64,000 nt of DNA from Candidatus Poribacteria bacterium (GCA_046582655.1 JAYGDX010000016.1:32001-96000), one strand, 5' to 3'. Positions 30,367 to 42,476 are shown, numbered from the stretch's first letter. Program-made: numbers and translations. Notes: generated from the sequence alone by a model not told the origin.

Positions 30367-30888
30367 TTATCTTAATTCTTCTTTTTTGGTGTACAGAAGA
30401 TTGTTTTTCCTATCTCCGTAGAGAAGTTTTAAAGTTTGCCTGTTGGCTGAGATGTCGTATTCCGTGACTGCTTGCAAGGCCTTAAAATATTCCTGTTCCT
30501 GTTGCATGGTGCCGTCAGGAATTGCACAAAACATTCTGGTGGAAGCAACCGGCCCCATAGACAATTTACCGTCTTCTTCTTGGTAGGAGCTGACGTATCG
30601 GTTGCAGCCGCCGGAACCGGATACCCGATCAGTCATAAACTGTAGTGTGATCTCCGTTTCCGGAATAGTTTCTTTCTCTAATCCGATTCGACCGTAGGTC
30701 TGTAATACCCACTGTTGGTCTACCACCTGATCTATATTTATTGGATCAGCCTTTGGGGGTGGTGGGTCGGGATCTTCTGCGACTGGTTGCGGACTGATAG
30801 GCTTTTCAGATTGGCGACAACCGATAATCAGGCTAATCACAATCAAGGTTAAAGCTAGCTGAGTAAATAGTCGGTTCCAATTTCTCAT
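30367..30888 (-). CDS. META (HslJ-like) domain lipoprotein
   Basis: Lipobox IIGC; GSGGCNRY, ASTRMFC, MQQEQEYFKAL. Confidence 0.88.
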   Translation of the reverse strand: MRNWNRLFTQLALTLIVISLIIGCRQSEKPISPQPVAEDPDPPPPKADPINIDQVVDQQWVLQTYGRIGLEKETIPETEITLQFMTDRVSGSGGCNRYVSSYQEEDGKLSMGPVASTRMFCAIPDGTMQQEQEYFKALQAVTEYDISANRQTLKLLYGDRKNNLLYTKKEELR

Positions 30889-30980
30889 CTTACCACTCTA
30901 TATCTATGATGGATTTGGTTTCAACTTAATCAAAATCTGCGCATGCATCCAACTGATTTCCGTTGGTGAGTTAACTTTAG

Positions 30981-31627
30981 CTAGAAAGAATATCTGGGAA
31001 CTCCCAACATTCGTTCGGCTAATCCATCAAATTCATCATCTCTCAATCCGTATTCGGATTCTAAATAATGCCCGATAGCCATGATGAACCGACATAGATC
31101 TGCGCCGATTGAAGTGTCTAGTTCTATTTCCAGTCCATTGGGTGACAGGTGTTTTACATCTCCTGTTAACAAGTTAAACAGGTGCGACCAGCAATCACTG
31201 GTTTTACTCTCCACATTTGATTGCTGCTGGAAATTCCATCCTCCGGAGTTGACTTCAGTAAAGGTCTTTTGAAGGTCAAAATCTGGCAATTGACTCAGAT
31301 AGGCAGGAATGAATCTGACAGTCAGGAGGCTTAAGTCTTTTATAACCGCTTCATGATTGCTGGAATTGTAATTTTCCGGTGTTACAATCTGGTATTTTTC
31401 TGTCGAAGGGCTAAATAAACATCTCCAAAAGGTATCTTCACTCTCCGAATAACGCTAACCAAATCTTCGGGCAGGTCATAAACACTGATGATTTCTTCTT
31501 CTATATCGATACCCATCAACCCAGAAAAATCCCAAGTTTTCGCATCGTCGGCACCTGACACTTTCAGATACTCGTAAAGAGGCTTCAGATTTCTGTTCTT
31601 TGCTTTTGCTCGTTTTTTCTTGGTCAT
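30981..31627 (-). pseudogene. Hypothetical gene split by a one-base frameshift
   Basis: Adding one A to the A5 run (~31395-31399) joins ...ALRQK to KYQIVTPENY...LPDFDLQKTF, giving one ~215 aa frame. Confidence 0.55.
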
Positions 31628-31711
31628 ACTACTCTTTATGAATCTAATATGAAATGATTGTTCGGGGTTTCTCAGAGGATTTTTTTATTCTTGATTCACA
31701 TTCACGTATGT

Positions 31712-31900
31712 TAGCTGCCCAAGTAGCGCCGTTAATAGTAACATCATTGGATGCCCTGACCTTCAGAATCGCCTGCCGTGTTGTCCGTGCCTTCATTTTA
31801 AAGGTCCAGATGGTAGCCATCAGTATTGATTGCCTATGCTATTCCCCAACGAGGTGAGGATAAACAAGGTTATGCGTTTCACCCTAGATTGTTTTTTCAT
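31712..31900 (-). pseudogene. Remnant of a secreted LamG/concanavalin-like domain gene
   Basis: Signal-like MKKQSRVKRITLFIL, then frameshifted pieces WTF / NEGTDNTAGDSEGQG / NDVTINGATW, typical of a LamG N-terminus. Confidence 0.5.
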
Positions 31901-32553
31901 TCTCTTTAATTTCTATCGGATTGCGAATACATATCTTCCATTATTATATCATTGCAAGTTAAAAATAGACTATACCAATGTAAGCATGCTACAGACGGAA
32001 AAATCATTTTCAGGTCAAAAAAAACCGGTGAGAAATCACCGAGGCTTAGGGGCGACAGTTAACTTCTGTGAGTTAAGTTGGTGGGAAAGACATAGCGATG
32101 TATGGATACGCGACAAAAGTAAATGGTAGATGAGTTCTAAGTATACGTCTATGCTATAATAGCCAAATCTCTGATGAAGATAAAAATGTAGATGAAGGAA
32201 GATGCAGAGTAGACCAAAAATCCTCGTATTTGGGAAGTTCTTGCTGTATTTGGTGGGATGTTATAATATAACCTGTAAACCAAAATTTTCCAAACTGACC
32301 AAATTCCTTTCCTGTTTAGTGCTATTCCTACCCCCTGATTGGTGGTGAATTCTTTCCCTGATTCAAGGGGCCCGCGTTAAATTGATAGTAGAACAGCTCA
32401 CTGACTATCAAAATGCCTAACAGGGGAGTGTCGAATAATTTGAGACGATATCATTTGGCTCTATATTAAAGATAATTTGCATAGAGAATGCAGATTTCAT
32501 AACTCCAAACGATGTCTGTCAGATTTGGTTGATGTGAAGGAGAAAGAAATTAA

Positions 32554-33528
32554 ATGAGAGAAGTTGGTTCCGCTCAATTTACCTATCGTGAAATCAGAGA
32601 CTGGGGAGAGTTCCCACCTGGATGGACATTTGAGGATACTCCCGGTGTGGCTGTGGATTCACAGGATCGTGTATATGCCTTCACTCGGGAGAAAAATGGC
32701 ATAGTGGTTTTCAATCCTGATGGAAGTTTGTTAAAGTCTTGGGGAGATAATTTATTTAAACGTCCTCACTGCATATTTATCGGATCAGATGATACGGTTT
32801 TTTGTGTTGATGATTTTGGTCATGCGGTCCATAAATTTACGGTGGATGGTGAACAGTTGATGGTAATCGAAACTGCGGATAATCCTGCTGATACAGGTTA
32901 TGTTTGGGGAGATCAGCCATCAGCTATTGTGCGATCAGGACCACCTTTTAATTTTCCGACCTGGGTTGCGCTGTCACCTGAAGGGGAACTATACGTGACC
33001 GACGGGTATGGGAATGCACGCGTACACAAGTTTACGCCAGAAGGGAAACTGCTTCTCTCTTGGGGAGAACCAGGTGATGGGCCCGGCCAATTTGAGACGC
33101 CGCATAGTGTACACGTGGATAAAGACGGTTGGGTCTACGTAGCTGACCGACAGAATTGCCGGATCCAGATTTTCAGTTCTGAAGGAGAGCATATTGAACA
33201 ATGGAGTGATGTATACTGGCCGTGTGACATGTGTGCTGATGTTGACGATAACCTATATGTGGCAGAAGTCGGCGGCATATTTATGAATCTGGAAAAGGAG
33301 GCCGATTTTACTAGTCCAAATGCCCGCATAACTATAAGGGATATGAGTGGAAATATTAAAGTCGAATGGGGAGAAGTAGATCCGGCTGGTAAAGGTAGAT
33401 ATTTTTCGCCCCACAGCATCGCTGTTGACTCACAAGGTAATCTGTATGTCGGTGAAGTTTCGACTTCCTATCCCGGAGGACAAGCACCTTCGGATTGGCG
33501 CGCTTTCCGCAAGTTCGCCCGAGTTTAA
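32554..33528 (+). CDS. NHL-repeat protein (peptidyl-alpha-hydroxyglycine lyase-like)
   Basis: GVAVDSQDRVY, YVTDGYGNARVHKF, SWGEPGDGPGQFETPH, YVADRQNCRIQIF. Confidence 0.85.
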   Translation: MREVGSAQFTYREIRDWGEFPPGWTFEDTPGVAVDSQDRVYAFTREKNGIVVFNPDGSLLKSWGDNLFKRPHCIFIGSDDTVFCVDDFGHAVHKFTVDGEQLMVIETADNPADTGYVWGDQPSAIVRSGPPFNFPTWVALSPEGELYVTDGYGNARVHKFTPEGKLLLSWGEPGDGPGQFETPHSVHVDKDGWVYVADRQNCRIQIFSSEGEHIEQWSDVYWPCDMCADVDDNLYVAEVGGIFMNLEKEADFTSPNARITIRDMSGNIKVEWGEVDPAGKGRYFSPHSIAVDSQGNLYVGEVSTSYPGGQAPSDWRAFRKFARV

Positions 33529-33570
33529 CAGACAGTACGATTGACAGTATAAGTTGAGATTTGGATAACA

Positions 33571-34644
33571 ATGGAAAAATATCGTTGCGCGATTATTGGT
33601 TGTGGTGGACGCGCACATGGTCATGCAAAAGCGTATCAGTTGATCAATCGGGGTGTCTTAGTCGCTTGCGCTAATTTATCTAATGCCGAACGCCGCCAAA
33701 AATTTGCCCTGACTTATGGCATTACCGGTTATGCAAATGCGGTGGAGATGATAGAGAAAGAGAGACCAGATCTGGTACACATCGTGACCATGCCAGATCA
33801 ATGGGTTCTTTTGATGCAGATGGTATCGGATCTTGGTGTTACGGCCTGTTTGGTTGAAAAGCCCATTGCTTGTGGTGTTGAAGACTGGCAGGAGCTGTGT
33901 CAATTAGAAGCTAGATCAGAGACCAAGTTCGGTGTCTGCAAGCAGTTTCGCTGGCATCCACGGATGGTGGACTGCCGTCAAGCACTTCGCTCTGGAAATC
34001 TCGGCGACTTATTGTGGATCAATTTTTTCGCTCGGATGAATCTATCCGCTCAAGGAACTCACATGATTGACTGGGCTATGTCACTTAACGATGATTCGCC
34101 CGTGACGCAGGTTTTTGGCAATATCAGTGGTGCAGGAGGGTTTGACAGCTCATATCCTGCACCAAACGCCTCAGTTGCCCAAGTGATGTTTGCTAATGGC
34201 GTCTGTGGGCTATGGAGTACAGGTCTTACAGCACCAGAGATTATGGATGATTCGGAGATTTATAAGCACACCCATGTGGCTGGATATGCTGAGCGAGGTC
34301 ATGTTATTTTTGAGGAATTTGGTCGATGGTCAATTTCCTCACCTGATGATTCTCGGGGTGGAAAAATCTCCCTTGAAGATCGAAACCGGTATAACGATAT
34401 GGCTCAAGCCAATCTAACCAATGCTATGTTTCAATGGATTGAAAACGATGCCAAACCGGTCGAAACTAATCTCAAAATTGCACTCCACCAATGGAACGCG
34501 GTGTTGGGATTGTACGCTAGTTCTATCTGTCGACAACCAATTGATGTTCCTTTTAATCCGCCTGATGATTTGTTGCTACAATTACAAACAGCATTGGAGG
34601 AAGAAAAGCTATCAAACCGAACCCAGAAGCAAAAAACCGAATAA
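33571..34644 (+). CDS. Gfo/Idh/MocA family oxidoreductase
   Basis: AIIGCGGRA, EKPIA, QFRWHP, QGTHMID. Confidence 0.85.
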   Translation: MEKYRCAIIGCGGRAHGHAKAYQLINRGVLVACANLSNAERRQKFALTYGITGYANAVEMIEKERPDLVHIVTMPDQWVLLMQMVSDLGVTACLVEKPIACGVEDWQELCQLEARSETKFGVCKQFRWHPRMVDCRQALRSGNLGDLLWINFFARMNLSAQGTHMIDWAMSLNDDSPVTQVFGNISGAGGFDSSYPAPNASVAQVMFANGVCGLWSTGLTAPEIMDDSEIYKHTHVAGYAERGHVIFEEFGRWSISSPDDSRGGKISLEDRNRYNDMAQANLTNAMFQWIENDAKPVETNLKIALHQWNAVLGLYASSICRQPIDVPFNPPDDLLLQLQTALEEEKLSNRTQKQKTE

Positions 34645-34712
34645 GAGACTGCGGATTGAGTCTAAATACAAACATGGTTGTGTAATCAGAAAAAATCGAA
34701 TCAGGATAACAA

Positions 34713-35717
34713 GTGAAGGAAAAAGTAATTCTCGATCCACATGGACGTCAGTTGGATAAGATATTTCTGCCAGAAGATTTGGAACGACTCCGTTCCTCGG
34801 CTGACTTGGTATGGGGAAAAAACGAACCGATGCCCATGGAAGAAGTAGATATGGTTAGAGACCGGGTGGTTGCTATTATCACTGGACATTGGCATTATGG
34901 TGATGTTTCAAAGTTTCCACAATTGCGAGCTGTTTTAGAAGTGAGTGGTGGATTTCCGTCTCCCAAGTGTTTAGACTATGCCGCCTGTTTTTCTCGGTGT
35001 ATTAATGTGCTTAGTTGTGCACCTGCCTTTGGACCTGCTGTAGCTGAGATGGGGTTAGGAATGGCAATCGCTGCTGCACGCCAAATCGTCTGGAACGATG
35101 CGGCTTTCCGTCAGGGGAAAGCTAACTGGAGCCACTTGGAATTTGGTGAGACATTTCTGTTATACGGCAAACTGGTTGGTTTCATTGGGTTTGGAGGATT
35201 AGCACGTTCCTTGAAGCCTTTACTGGCGCCTTTTCGCTGTCCAATACAGGTATATGATCCGTGGTTAACAGATACTTACCTGTGTACTCAGGATGTCACA
35301 CCGGTCAACTTAGATTTATTGTTAGCTACCTCGCGTATCATTTTCGTTTTAGCAGTACCGGCGACCTCCAATCGGGTACTCTTGAACCGAGAACTCTTGA
35401 ATCACATATCGGCTGAGTCTGTGTTTGTTCTGCTGAGCCGATCGCATGTTGTTGATTTCGATGTTTTGACTGAGATGCTGGTCGAAGGGCGTTTCAAAGC
35501 TGCCATCGATGTATACCCGGAAGAACCATTACCGCTTGATCATCCCATCCGTAAACTGCCAAATGTCATACTTTCATCTCATCGCGCGGGTGCCATAGGT
35601 GAAGCATTATATAACATTGGCCGTATCATTACTAACGACCTGGAAGCAATTCTTCAGGGACTGGTTCCGCAAGAAATGCAGATTGCCCAACCAGAATCCA
35701 TTCAACTTCGTGGATAG
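34713..35717 (+). CDS. D-isomer-specific 2-hydroxyacid dehydrogenase
   Basis: AVAE, GFIGFGGLA, YDPW, LSR, DVYPEEPL, SHRAG; GTG start. Confidence 0.85.
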   Translation: MKEKVILDPHGRQLDKIFLPEDLERLRSSADLVWGKNEPMPMEEVDMVRDRVVAIITGHWHYGDVSKFPQLRAVLEVSGGFPSPKCLDYAACFSRCINVLSCAPAFGPAVAEMGLGMAIAAARQIVWNDAAFRQGKANWSHLEFGETFLLYGKLVGFIGFGGLARSLKPLLAPFRCPIQVYDPWLTDTYLCTQDVTPVNLDLLLATSRIIFVLAVPATSNRVLLNRELLNHISAESVFVLLSRSHVVDFDVLTEMLVEGRFKAAIDVYPEEPLPLDHPIRKLPNVILSSHRAGAIGEALYNIGRIITNDLEAILQGLVPQEMQIAQPESIQLRG

Positions 35718-35791
35718 ATATCAACTTGGGATATGGAAAAACCGACAATTGAGTTATCACAGTTTACGTTCAGCAATCTCCTTTCAATTGC

Positions 35792-37042
35792 GTGGATGAA
35801 ACTATTATGTTGAAGCAATCTGGTAACATCATGGCATCGATACAAAACCGATTTGAAGATTTGAAACGGAATGTTCGAACGCGTCACAAAATCGTTGGTA
35901 TCCGGACATGGCACATCAATCTCAATCCAGCGACTATGGCATCAATGGCTTTTTCTTCACCCAAGGACCAATCTAATCTTGTTGTCTCCTCAGTTCCCAA
36001 TAACCATGTTGATTGGCGTGGACCTTTTGCGACCCAAGCAGGAGCACTGATGGTCGAAATCACTACCGACAAAGGATTAAAAGGATATGGCCTGGGCGGC
36101 GGCGGTTTGGCGGCGTCACTAATCATCGACCGCCATATTCAGTATTTTGTCTTGGATCAGGATCCGCTTGAGGTAGAATCAATTTGGGATAACTTGTATC
36201 ATATTACCTCGATCTATGGTCGGCGGGGACTGGTAATCTATGCTCTAAGTGGTATTGATCTGGCTTTATGGGATCTATGCGGGAAAATCTTGGATATGCC
36301 AGTTTACCGTTTAATCACTGATCAACCCAAGTTAGCCATCCCTGCCTATGCAACAGGTACAGATGCCAAATCCTATACGGACCAGGGATTTGCAGCTTGT
36401 AAGATTCCTTTGCCAAATGGTCTCCCCCAAGGAGATAGCGGCTTTTCTGAAAATCTGGATACCATACATCGTGCCCGTCAAGCAATACCGGAAAGCGTGG
36501 AACTGATGGTAGATATCTACTTGCGGTGGGATGTCGATTATACACTTAGGTTTGCCGAGGCAACATCTGACCTTGGCCTCAAATGGATTGAAGAACCCAT
36601 TGCTCTGGATGATTACGAAGGGATGGCCAAACTCGTTCAACAAGTTGAGGCCACTTGGATCGTTTCAGGTGAACATGAATTCACCCGTTATGGGTTCCGC
36701 GAACTTCTTCGTTGGCAAGCAGCCGACATGATACAACCAGATGTTAGCTGGGCGGGTGGATTCGGTGAATGCCTCAGGATTGCCTTCGAAGCAGCTGAAA
36801 TGGGCATTCCAACTTGGCCACATCAAGGAGGTACTCCGTGGGGATTGCACTTGATCGCTTGTTTGCCAATGTTTTGCATGGCAGAAACTTTTGGCTTGTC
36901 ACAGCAAACAGTTGAAAATGAGTTGTTTCGATTGCTGCGGCCAACCCCGGACAACGGCTATTTTTCCTTAACGGATACTCCGGGATTCGGTTTGGAAATT
37001 AATGATGAACTTCTGGATGTCTATACGGCTGACCGACTCTGA
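35792..37042 (+). CDS. Enolase-superfamily dehydratase (L-rhamnonate dehydratase-like)
   Basis: YGRRG...SGIDLALWDL, PAYATG, WIEEP, GEHEFTRYGF, QPDVSWAGG; true start may be slightly downstream. Confidence 0.82.
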   Translation: MDETIMLKQSGNIMASIQNRFEDLKRNVRTRHKIVGIRTWHINLNPATMASMAFSSPKDQSNLVVSSVPNNHVDWRGPFATQAGALMVEITTDKGLKGYGLGGGGLAASLIIDRHIQYFVLDQDPLEVESIWDNLYHITSIYGRRGLVIYALSGIDLALWDLCGKILDMPVYRLITDQPKLAIPAYATGTDAKSYTDQGFAACKIPLPNGLPQGDSGFSENLDTIHRARQAIPESVELMVDIYLRWDVDYTLRFAEATSDLGLKWIEEPIALDDYEGMAKLVQQVEATWIVSGEHEFTRYGFRELLRWQAADMIQPDVSWAGGFGECLRIAFEAAEMGIPTWPHQGGTPWGLHLIACLPMFCMAETFGLSQQTVENELFRLLRPTPDNGYFSLTDTPGFGLEINDELLDVYTADRL

Positions 37043-37115
37043 TATTCAGAGAATGCAGCAATAAACATCCACTTTTTAAGGCTTAACGTTACCTTGACGT
37101 TCATAAGATCCACTT

Positions 37116-37973
37116 TTAAACTGTGGCCAAAATAAAACGATCAATTCCGGAAAGATCTGGAATGATATTGCATGCGGTGTAGGCAGGATTTGAATTGACC
37201 AAATCTTGAACTTGCTGACTTTGGTTATGACTAATTTCAAGCATTAGTTTTCCTTCAGGCTTCAGAAATTCTGGTGTGTCGGCAATCAGTCGTTGAATGA
37301 TATCCAAACCACTACATCCAGCAAATAAAGCCACCTCAGGTTCATTATCCCTAACATCAGTGACGAGCTCATTAATATCTGTAGTTCCTATGTAAGGCGG
37401 GTTTGAAATAATCCAATCGTATTTGAGAACATCCAGTTCTATAACCGGTTCGAAAAGATCACCATTCAGGAAAGTGATTCGCTCCTTGCATTGATGCAGT
37501 TTTGCATTATGAAGGGCAACATCAACCGCTGCTTTGGATATATCTGTAGCGATGATTTTCCACGTCGGCTGATTCACGGCCAAACTAACAGCAATAGCGC
37601 CACTGCCCGTCCCGATTTCAAGAATATGACATGGCGTTTTTTGCAAACCCAAAACAGTTTCAACCAGTATTTCAGTTTCCGGTCGAGGAATCAACACCCG
37701 TTCATCAACATAGAAACTTAGGGACATGAATTCACGGGAATTTGTTAAGTAGCTGATTGGAACCCGATTTGACCGCTTTTTGATGAGTGTACGAAAGGCA
37801 GAAAGATTGGGATGGAATACTGGCATATCGAAACCAAGATATAACTGTAGCCGGTCTTTCTTCAGAACATGGCTGAGTAAAAGTTCTGCATCCAAGCGGG
37901 CGCTCAGAATACCAGAACTTTCAAAAAACTTGGTTGTCCACTCTATAAGCTCAATGACGGTCCAAGTTTTCAC
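37116..37973 (-). CDS. prmC: Release factor glutamine methyltransferase
   Basis: [25 protein letters not shown]; directly downstream of prfA. Confidence 0.95.
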   Translation of the reverse strand: MKTWTVIELIEWTTKFFESSGILSARLDAELLLSHVLKKDRLQLYLGFDMPVFHPNLSAFRTLIKKRSNRVPISYLTNSREFMSLSFYVDERVLIPRPETEILVETVLGLQKTPCHILEIGTGSGAIAVSLAVNQPTWKIIATDISKAAVDVALHNAKLHQCKERITFLNGDLFEPVIELDVLKYDWIISNPPYIGTTDINELVTDVRDNEPEVALFAGCSGLDIIQRLIADTPEFLKPEGKLMLEISHNQSQQVQDLVNSNPAYTACNIIPDLSGIDRFILATV

Positions 37974-39043
37974 GCTTCCAGATTCTTCAGTTTCTCCGCA
38001 CCTTCAGCTGAGATAAGTGAGGATATGAAGGGGTCAAGTTCGCCATCAAGTGTGCTTTCAAGTTGGTAGATACTTAGACCTATTCGGTGGTCTGTTACAC
38101 GTCCTTGAGGAAAGTTGTAAGTTCGGATTTTTTCGCTCCGATCGCCACTACCAATCATTGTTTTTCTTGTCTCTGCCCTTTCAGCATCTTGTTCAGATTT
38201 TGTAATCTCTAGCAATCGAGATCGCAAGATCTTCATTGCCTTAGCTTTGTTTTTGTGCTGAGATTTTTCATCCTGACAGGAAACAACCAGATTGGTTGGC
38301 AAATGAGTAATCCGAATAGCTGAGTCAGTGGTGTTAACGCTCTGCCCTCCAGGACCGGAAGACCTAAATGTATCAATTCGCAAATCGTTCTGATCTATTT
38401 GGATATCTACTTCCTCAGCCTCAGGCAGGACAGCCACAGTTACTGCCGAAGTATGGATTCGGCCGCTCGTTTCGGTGGCGGGCACTCGTTGAACCCGATG
38501 CGTCCCACCTTCAAACTTGAGTTTACTGTACGCATCCTCTCCTTCAATCAGGAAAACGACCTCTTTGAAACCTTTCAAACCGGTTGCACTTTGGCTCAAC
38601 AACTCAACTGTCCAGTTGGATTTCTCAGCATGCCGAGAATACATCCTAAAAAGTTCCGCAGCAAATAGGCCTGCTTCCTCTCCTCCTGTACCTGCACGGA
38701 TTTCTACAATAACATTTCTATGGTCATTCGGATCTTTAGGAATCAGCAGGATTTTAATTTCTTCTTCCAGCTTTTCCTTTTGTATGACAAGAGTTTCCAG
38801 CTCTTGTTTTGCCAAGTCTTGAAACTCATCATCATCTTCCTCGGCAATAATCAATTCAGCTTCTTCAATGTCCTCAAGCAGCTTTTTATAGTCGGTATAG
38901 ATCGACACGATAGGGGCAGTGTCCGCATGCATCTTGGAAAGCTGATGAAGGCGTTTCGGATCCGCTATTTGATCTGGATCTACCAGATTTTTTTCAATTT
39001 CTAGAAACTTAGCTTCAATTTCTTCCAGTTTACTCTTAAGCAT
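37970..39043 (-). CDS. prfA: Peptide chain release factor 1
   Basis: [21 protein letters not shown] (PxT), [21 protein letters not shown]. Confidence 0.97.
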   Translation of the reverse strand: MLKSKLEEIEAKFLEIEKNLVDPDQIADPKRLHQLSKMHADTAPIVSIYTDYKKLLEDIEEAELIIAEEDDDEFQDLAKQELETLVIQKEKLEEEIKILLIPKDPNDHRNVIVEIRAGTGGEEAGLFAAELFRMYSRHAEKSNWTVELLSQSATGLKGFKEVVFLIEGEDAYSKLKFEGGTHRVQRVPATETSGRIHTSAVTVAVLPEAEEVDIQIDQNDLRIDTFRSSGPGGQSVNTTDSAIRITHLPTNLVVSCQDEKSQHKNKAKAMKILRSRLLEITKSEQDAERAETRKTMIGSGDRSEKIRTYNFPQGRVTDHRIGLSIYQLESTLDGELDPFISSLISAEGAEKLKNLEA

Positions 39044-39184
39044 TAATCATCCATAAAATATTCTGAGTTGGTGCAAAAAGATTGCCATAATTTAAATAAA
39101 AGCGTTGCGCGGAACGCCTTGTGCTAGAAAACCTAACTGTCCACAGATTCTGAAGAATGTAAGGTTGCAAATTGCTTGAAAATT

Positions 39185-41125
39185 TTAGTTTGTGTCTTTC
39201 TGCTCAGTATCAGTGACTTCTTCTGCCTCAACATCAATGACAGTTTCATCTGCACTTGGATCTGGATCTGGATCGCCACTGGGGCCGTCGCCACTAGTAC
39301 CTTGTGCTTGTGCATCAGCTGCTGCTTTTGCATACATCGCTTCTGCAAGTTTGTGGGAAGCGGTAGTCAGAGCCTCGGTGTCTGCCTTTATAGCTTCGAT
39401 GTTTTCGCCTTTCAGAGTTTCTTTCAATTTTTCAATCGCGCTTTGAATTGCTTCTCGATCTTCTGCTGATACGCTATCTCCATATTCCTCAAGAGATTTC
39501 TCGGTTGAATAGGCCAGGGAATCCGCATTATTGCGAGTCTCGACAGATTCCTTCTTAGTTTTGTCTTCTTCCGAATGAGACTCAGCATCTTTCACCATTT
39601 CGTCAATTTCTACATCGGATAACCCACTAGAAGACTCAATTCGGATCTTCTGTTCCTTGCCGGTTCCCAGATCTTTTGCTGACACGTGAACAATGCCATT
39701 TGCATCAATATCAAACGTGACATCAATTTGTGGTATACCTCTTGGTGCAGGCGGCACACCAAGTAAATCGAACCGACCAAGTGTACGATTGTAGACGGAC
39801 ATTTCGCGTTCGCCTTGTAAGACGTGTATGGTTACAGATTCTTGATTATCAGCAGCAGTTGAAAAGGTTTGGCTTTTCTTGGTTGGGATTGTAGTGTTTC
39901 GTTCAATTAAACGGCTGAAGACTCCACCGAGAGTTTCGATGCCTAGCGAAAGCGGAGTAACGTCGAGAAGCAGTATGTCTTTTACCCCTTCATCTCCAGA
40001 GAGAACGCCACCTTGAATTGCTGCACCTATTGCAACGACTTCATCGGGATTTACACCTCTATGACATTCTTTTCCGAAGAACTCCTCAACTTGCTCTTGT
40101 ACTTTTGGCATTCTGGTTTGACCACCAACTAAAACAACTTGGTCAATCTCGGATGCATTAAGTTCAGCATCTTCTAAAGCTTGCTGGCATGGAGTAATTG
40201 TTCGCTCAACTAAGTCCCCAACCAATTGTTCAAGTTTCGCTCGACTCAGGGAAACATTCAGGTGTTTAGGACCACTTGCATCTGCTGAGATGAAAGGCAG
40301 GTTAATTTCTGTTTGTAGGGTGGTTGACAATTCGCATTTCGCTTTTTCTGCTTCGTCTCTAAGACGTTGCAGAGCCATCGCATCATCACGAAGGTCAATT
40401 CCATTCTCATTTTTGAATTCTTCTGCCAGCCAGTCGACAATTTTGTGGTCGAAGTCATCGCCACCCAGATTTGTATCGCCGTTTGTACTTTTGACTTCAA
40501 AGACCCCATCACCAATTTCAAGAATCGAGATATCGAAGGTTCCTCCACCAAGATCATAAACAGCAATTTTTTCCTCAGCTTTATTTTCCAGTCCATATGC
40601 CAAAGCAGCTGCAGTCGGTTCATTGATAATTCGCAAAACTTCAAGACCGGCAATCTTTCCTGCATCTGTAGTGGCTTGGCGTTGTGAGTCATTAAAGTAT
40701 GCTGGCACTGTAATCACAGCCTGCGTTACTTCTTCGCCAAGGTAGTCTTCGGCTGTTTCCTTCAGTTTGCGTAAGACCATAGCCGAAATCTCAGGGGGTG
40801 TGTGTTCCTGATCCCCCATCTTGATTTGTACGCTTTCATTTTTCCCCTGTGTCACTTTGTATGGGGCCTTGCTTATGTCCTCTGCTACTTCGTTGTACCG
40901 TCTGCCTATAAAACGCTTGGTAGAGAAAATAGTATTTTCTGGATTGGTTACCGCTTGGCGCTTAGCTGGCTGACCAACTAGACGCTCTCCTTCTTTGGAC
41001 ATAGCGACAACCGAAGGTGTTGTTCGAGCACCTTCGGCGTTTTGTATTACGTTGGGATCTCCGCCTTCAAGAATAGCTAGGCAGGAGTTTGTTGTACCAA
41101 GATCAATGCCAATTACTTTACTCAT
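39185..41125 (-). CDS. dnaK: Chaperone DnaK (Hsp70)
   Basis: [37 protein letters not shown]; true start at 41125 overlaps the grpE stop. Confidence 0.98.
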   Translation of the reverse strand: MSKVIGIDLGTTNSCLAILEGGDPNVIQNAEGARTTPSVVAMSKEGERLVGQPAKRQAVTNPENTIFSTKRFIGRRYNEVAEDISKAPYKVTQGKNESVQIKMGDQEHTPPEISAMVLRKLKETAEDYLGEEVTQAVITVPAYFNDSQRQATTDAGKIAGLEVLRIINEPTAAALAYGLENKAEEKIAVYDLGGGTFDISILEIGDGVFEVKSTNGDTNLGGDDFDHKIVDWLAEEFKNENGIDLRDDAMALQRLRDEAEKAKCELSTTLQTEINLPFISADASGPKHLNVSLSRAKLEQLVGDLVERTITPCQQALEDAELNASEIDQVVLVGGQTRMPKVQEQVEEFFGKECHRGVNPDEVVAIGAAIQGGVLSGDEGVKDILLLDVTPLSLGIETLGGVFSRLIERNTTIPTKKSQTFSTAADNQESVTIHVLQGEREMSVYNRTLGRFDLLGVPPAPRGIPQIDVTFDIDANGIVHVSAKDLGTGKEQKIRIESSSGLSDVEIDEMVKDAESHSEEDKTKKESVETRNNADSLAYSTEKSLEEYGDSVSAEDREAIQSAIEKLKETLKGENIEAIKADTEALTTASHKLAEAMYAKAAADAQAQGTSGDGPSGDPDPDPSADETVIDVEAEEVTDTEQKDTN

Positions 41126-41786
41126 CTGCTGTGTCCTCCTTTTCTTCGGATACTTCTTCTTTCGTATCTTCTTCATCTGTTTCTGGACTAGATGACCCTT
41201 GTGAGATCGAAACCATTGATGCGCGTAGCACGCGGTCGCGCAACTTATATCCAACTTGGAATTCTGCAACAATTGCATTTGTTGGAAGATCTGATTCAAC
41301 TTGTGCGATCGCCTCATGCAAATTCGGATCGAAATTTCCCCCAACAGCATCAATGGTTGAAACATTGCTTCTTTCAAGAACATTATGAATCTGTTTTTGA
41401 ATCAACTTGATTCCCTCATGAAGAGAGTTGAAATCTGTCGATTCCTTCGCTGATTCAATAGCGCGGTTCATACTATCTATCACTGGTAAGAGGTCCTTTA
41501 TAACACTTTCAACTGCGTACTTTTGGAATTCTTCCTTATCACGAATAGCACGCTTCTTTGCATTTTCATATTCGGCAACTGTGCGTAGCATTCGATCAAG
41601 TTTCGCTTCATACTCTGATTTCAGTTGGTCAATCTCGTCTTCGGCAGAAGGTGGTGTTTCGTCCTCCTCTGATTCCACTTCTTCCTCATTTACAATCGTT
41701 TCTTCATCACCTTCAACAATATCTGTTTCGTTTTCCTCGGCAACATCTGATTGGTTTTCCATGCCTGTTTGCTGTTTTTCTAGCAT
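41118..41786 (-). CDS. grpE: Nucleotide exchange factor GrpE
   Basis: [38 protein letters not shown]. Confidence 0.95.
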   Translation of the reverse strand: MLEKQQTGMENQSDVAEENETDIVEGDEETIVNEEEVESEEDETPPSAEDEIDQLKSEYEAKLDRMLRTVAEYENAKKRAIRDKEEFQKYAVESVIKDLLPVIDSMNRAIESAKESTDFNSLHEGIKLIQKQIHNVLERSNVSTIDAVGGNFDPNLHEAIAQVESDLPTNAIVAEFQVGYKLRDRVLRASMVSISQGSSSPETDEEDTKEEVSEEKEDTADE

Positions 41787-41977
41787 ATTAACCTCTTAAA
41801 CTTTATAGTTGAATTCCTAATATCTTAAAGGTAAATGATAAAGCAGGTTTTTTCTTAAATACCCCATCCGAGCTTATGAAAGAGGCAACAATAATTAATT
41901 CGTGTCGTAAACTAGTCTCATAACTTGTATATAAAATACTAATCGAACCTCCAATTTTTTCAATAGCTGAAAGGCTT

Positions 41978-42007
41978 AAAGTACCATTTTAAGCGAAAAA
42001 ATGTCAA
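41978..42007 (-). promoter_or_regulatory. Putative sigma70 promoter of grpE-dnaK
   Basis: Minus strand TTGACA-18 bp-TACTTT with extended -10 TG. Confidence 0.5.
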
Positions 42008-42285
42008 GTAAAAATGGACAGGAATTTTGAAAGTGAACCTTTAGGTACAATACAAAAACTTTACCCGACACGTTAAGGAAAGTTTGTTAGTTGAAAACTA
42101 TCGAATTATAACTAAATTTACAAATTTGTAGTGTATGAGGATACTCTTTTTTTGAATCTCCTGGGTTTGATGTGTTTTTGTTTAATTTCCATTTTACATT
42201 TATTGTCTAGCCGGATCGAGCAATTAAAATGCCAAAATATAAAGATTGAGTGTCGTAAGAGTTTCAGTTGAGTCCTTAGAAAAGT

Positions 42286-42334
42286 ATGTCATTTTGGGAA
42301 TGACACGTTATGTGTCCGTGTGCCAAAATGACAT
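42286..42334. repeat. 12-bp perfect inverted repeat (possible operator)
   Basis: ATGTCATTTTGG (42286-42297) and CCAAAATGACAT (42323-42334); related TGCCAAAAT at 42230. Confidence 0.6.
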
Positions 42335-42447
42335 GCTGCTTTGATATGTATAACGATTAAGGCTTTAGTTAACAGGGTTCCCTTATTAGCTTAACGCAAT
42401 AAGGCAAACTTGGCGTCATTTTACTTTACCTGAAACTTAGTAAAAAT

Positions 42448-42476
42448 TTGACAAACTCAGATGATTAATATACACT
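42448..42476 (+). promoter_or_regulatory. Sigma70 promoter of nadA
   Basis: TTGACA-17 bp-TACACT, about 40 bp before ATG 42518. Confidence 0.65.

Noticed and set aside
39257..39275. GGATCT short tandem repeats
   Set aside because: They encode the low-complexity DPDPDP tail of DnaK; not CRISPR or a contingency locus.
41126..41383. 85-aa N-terminal extension of DnaK in the ORF track
   Set aside because: It overlaps grpE in another frame; the real start is MSKVIGID at 41125, after an AGGAGG RBS.
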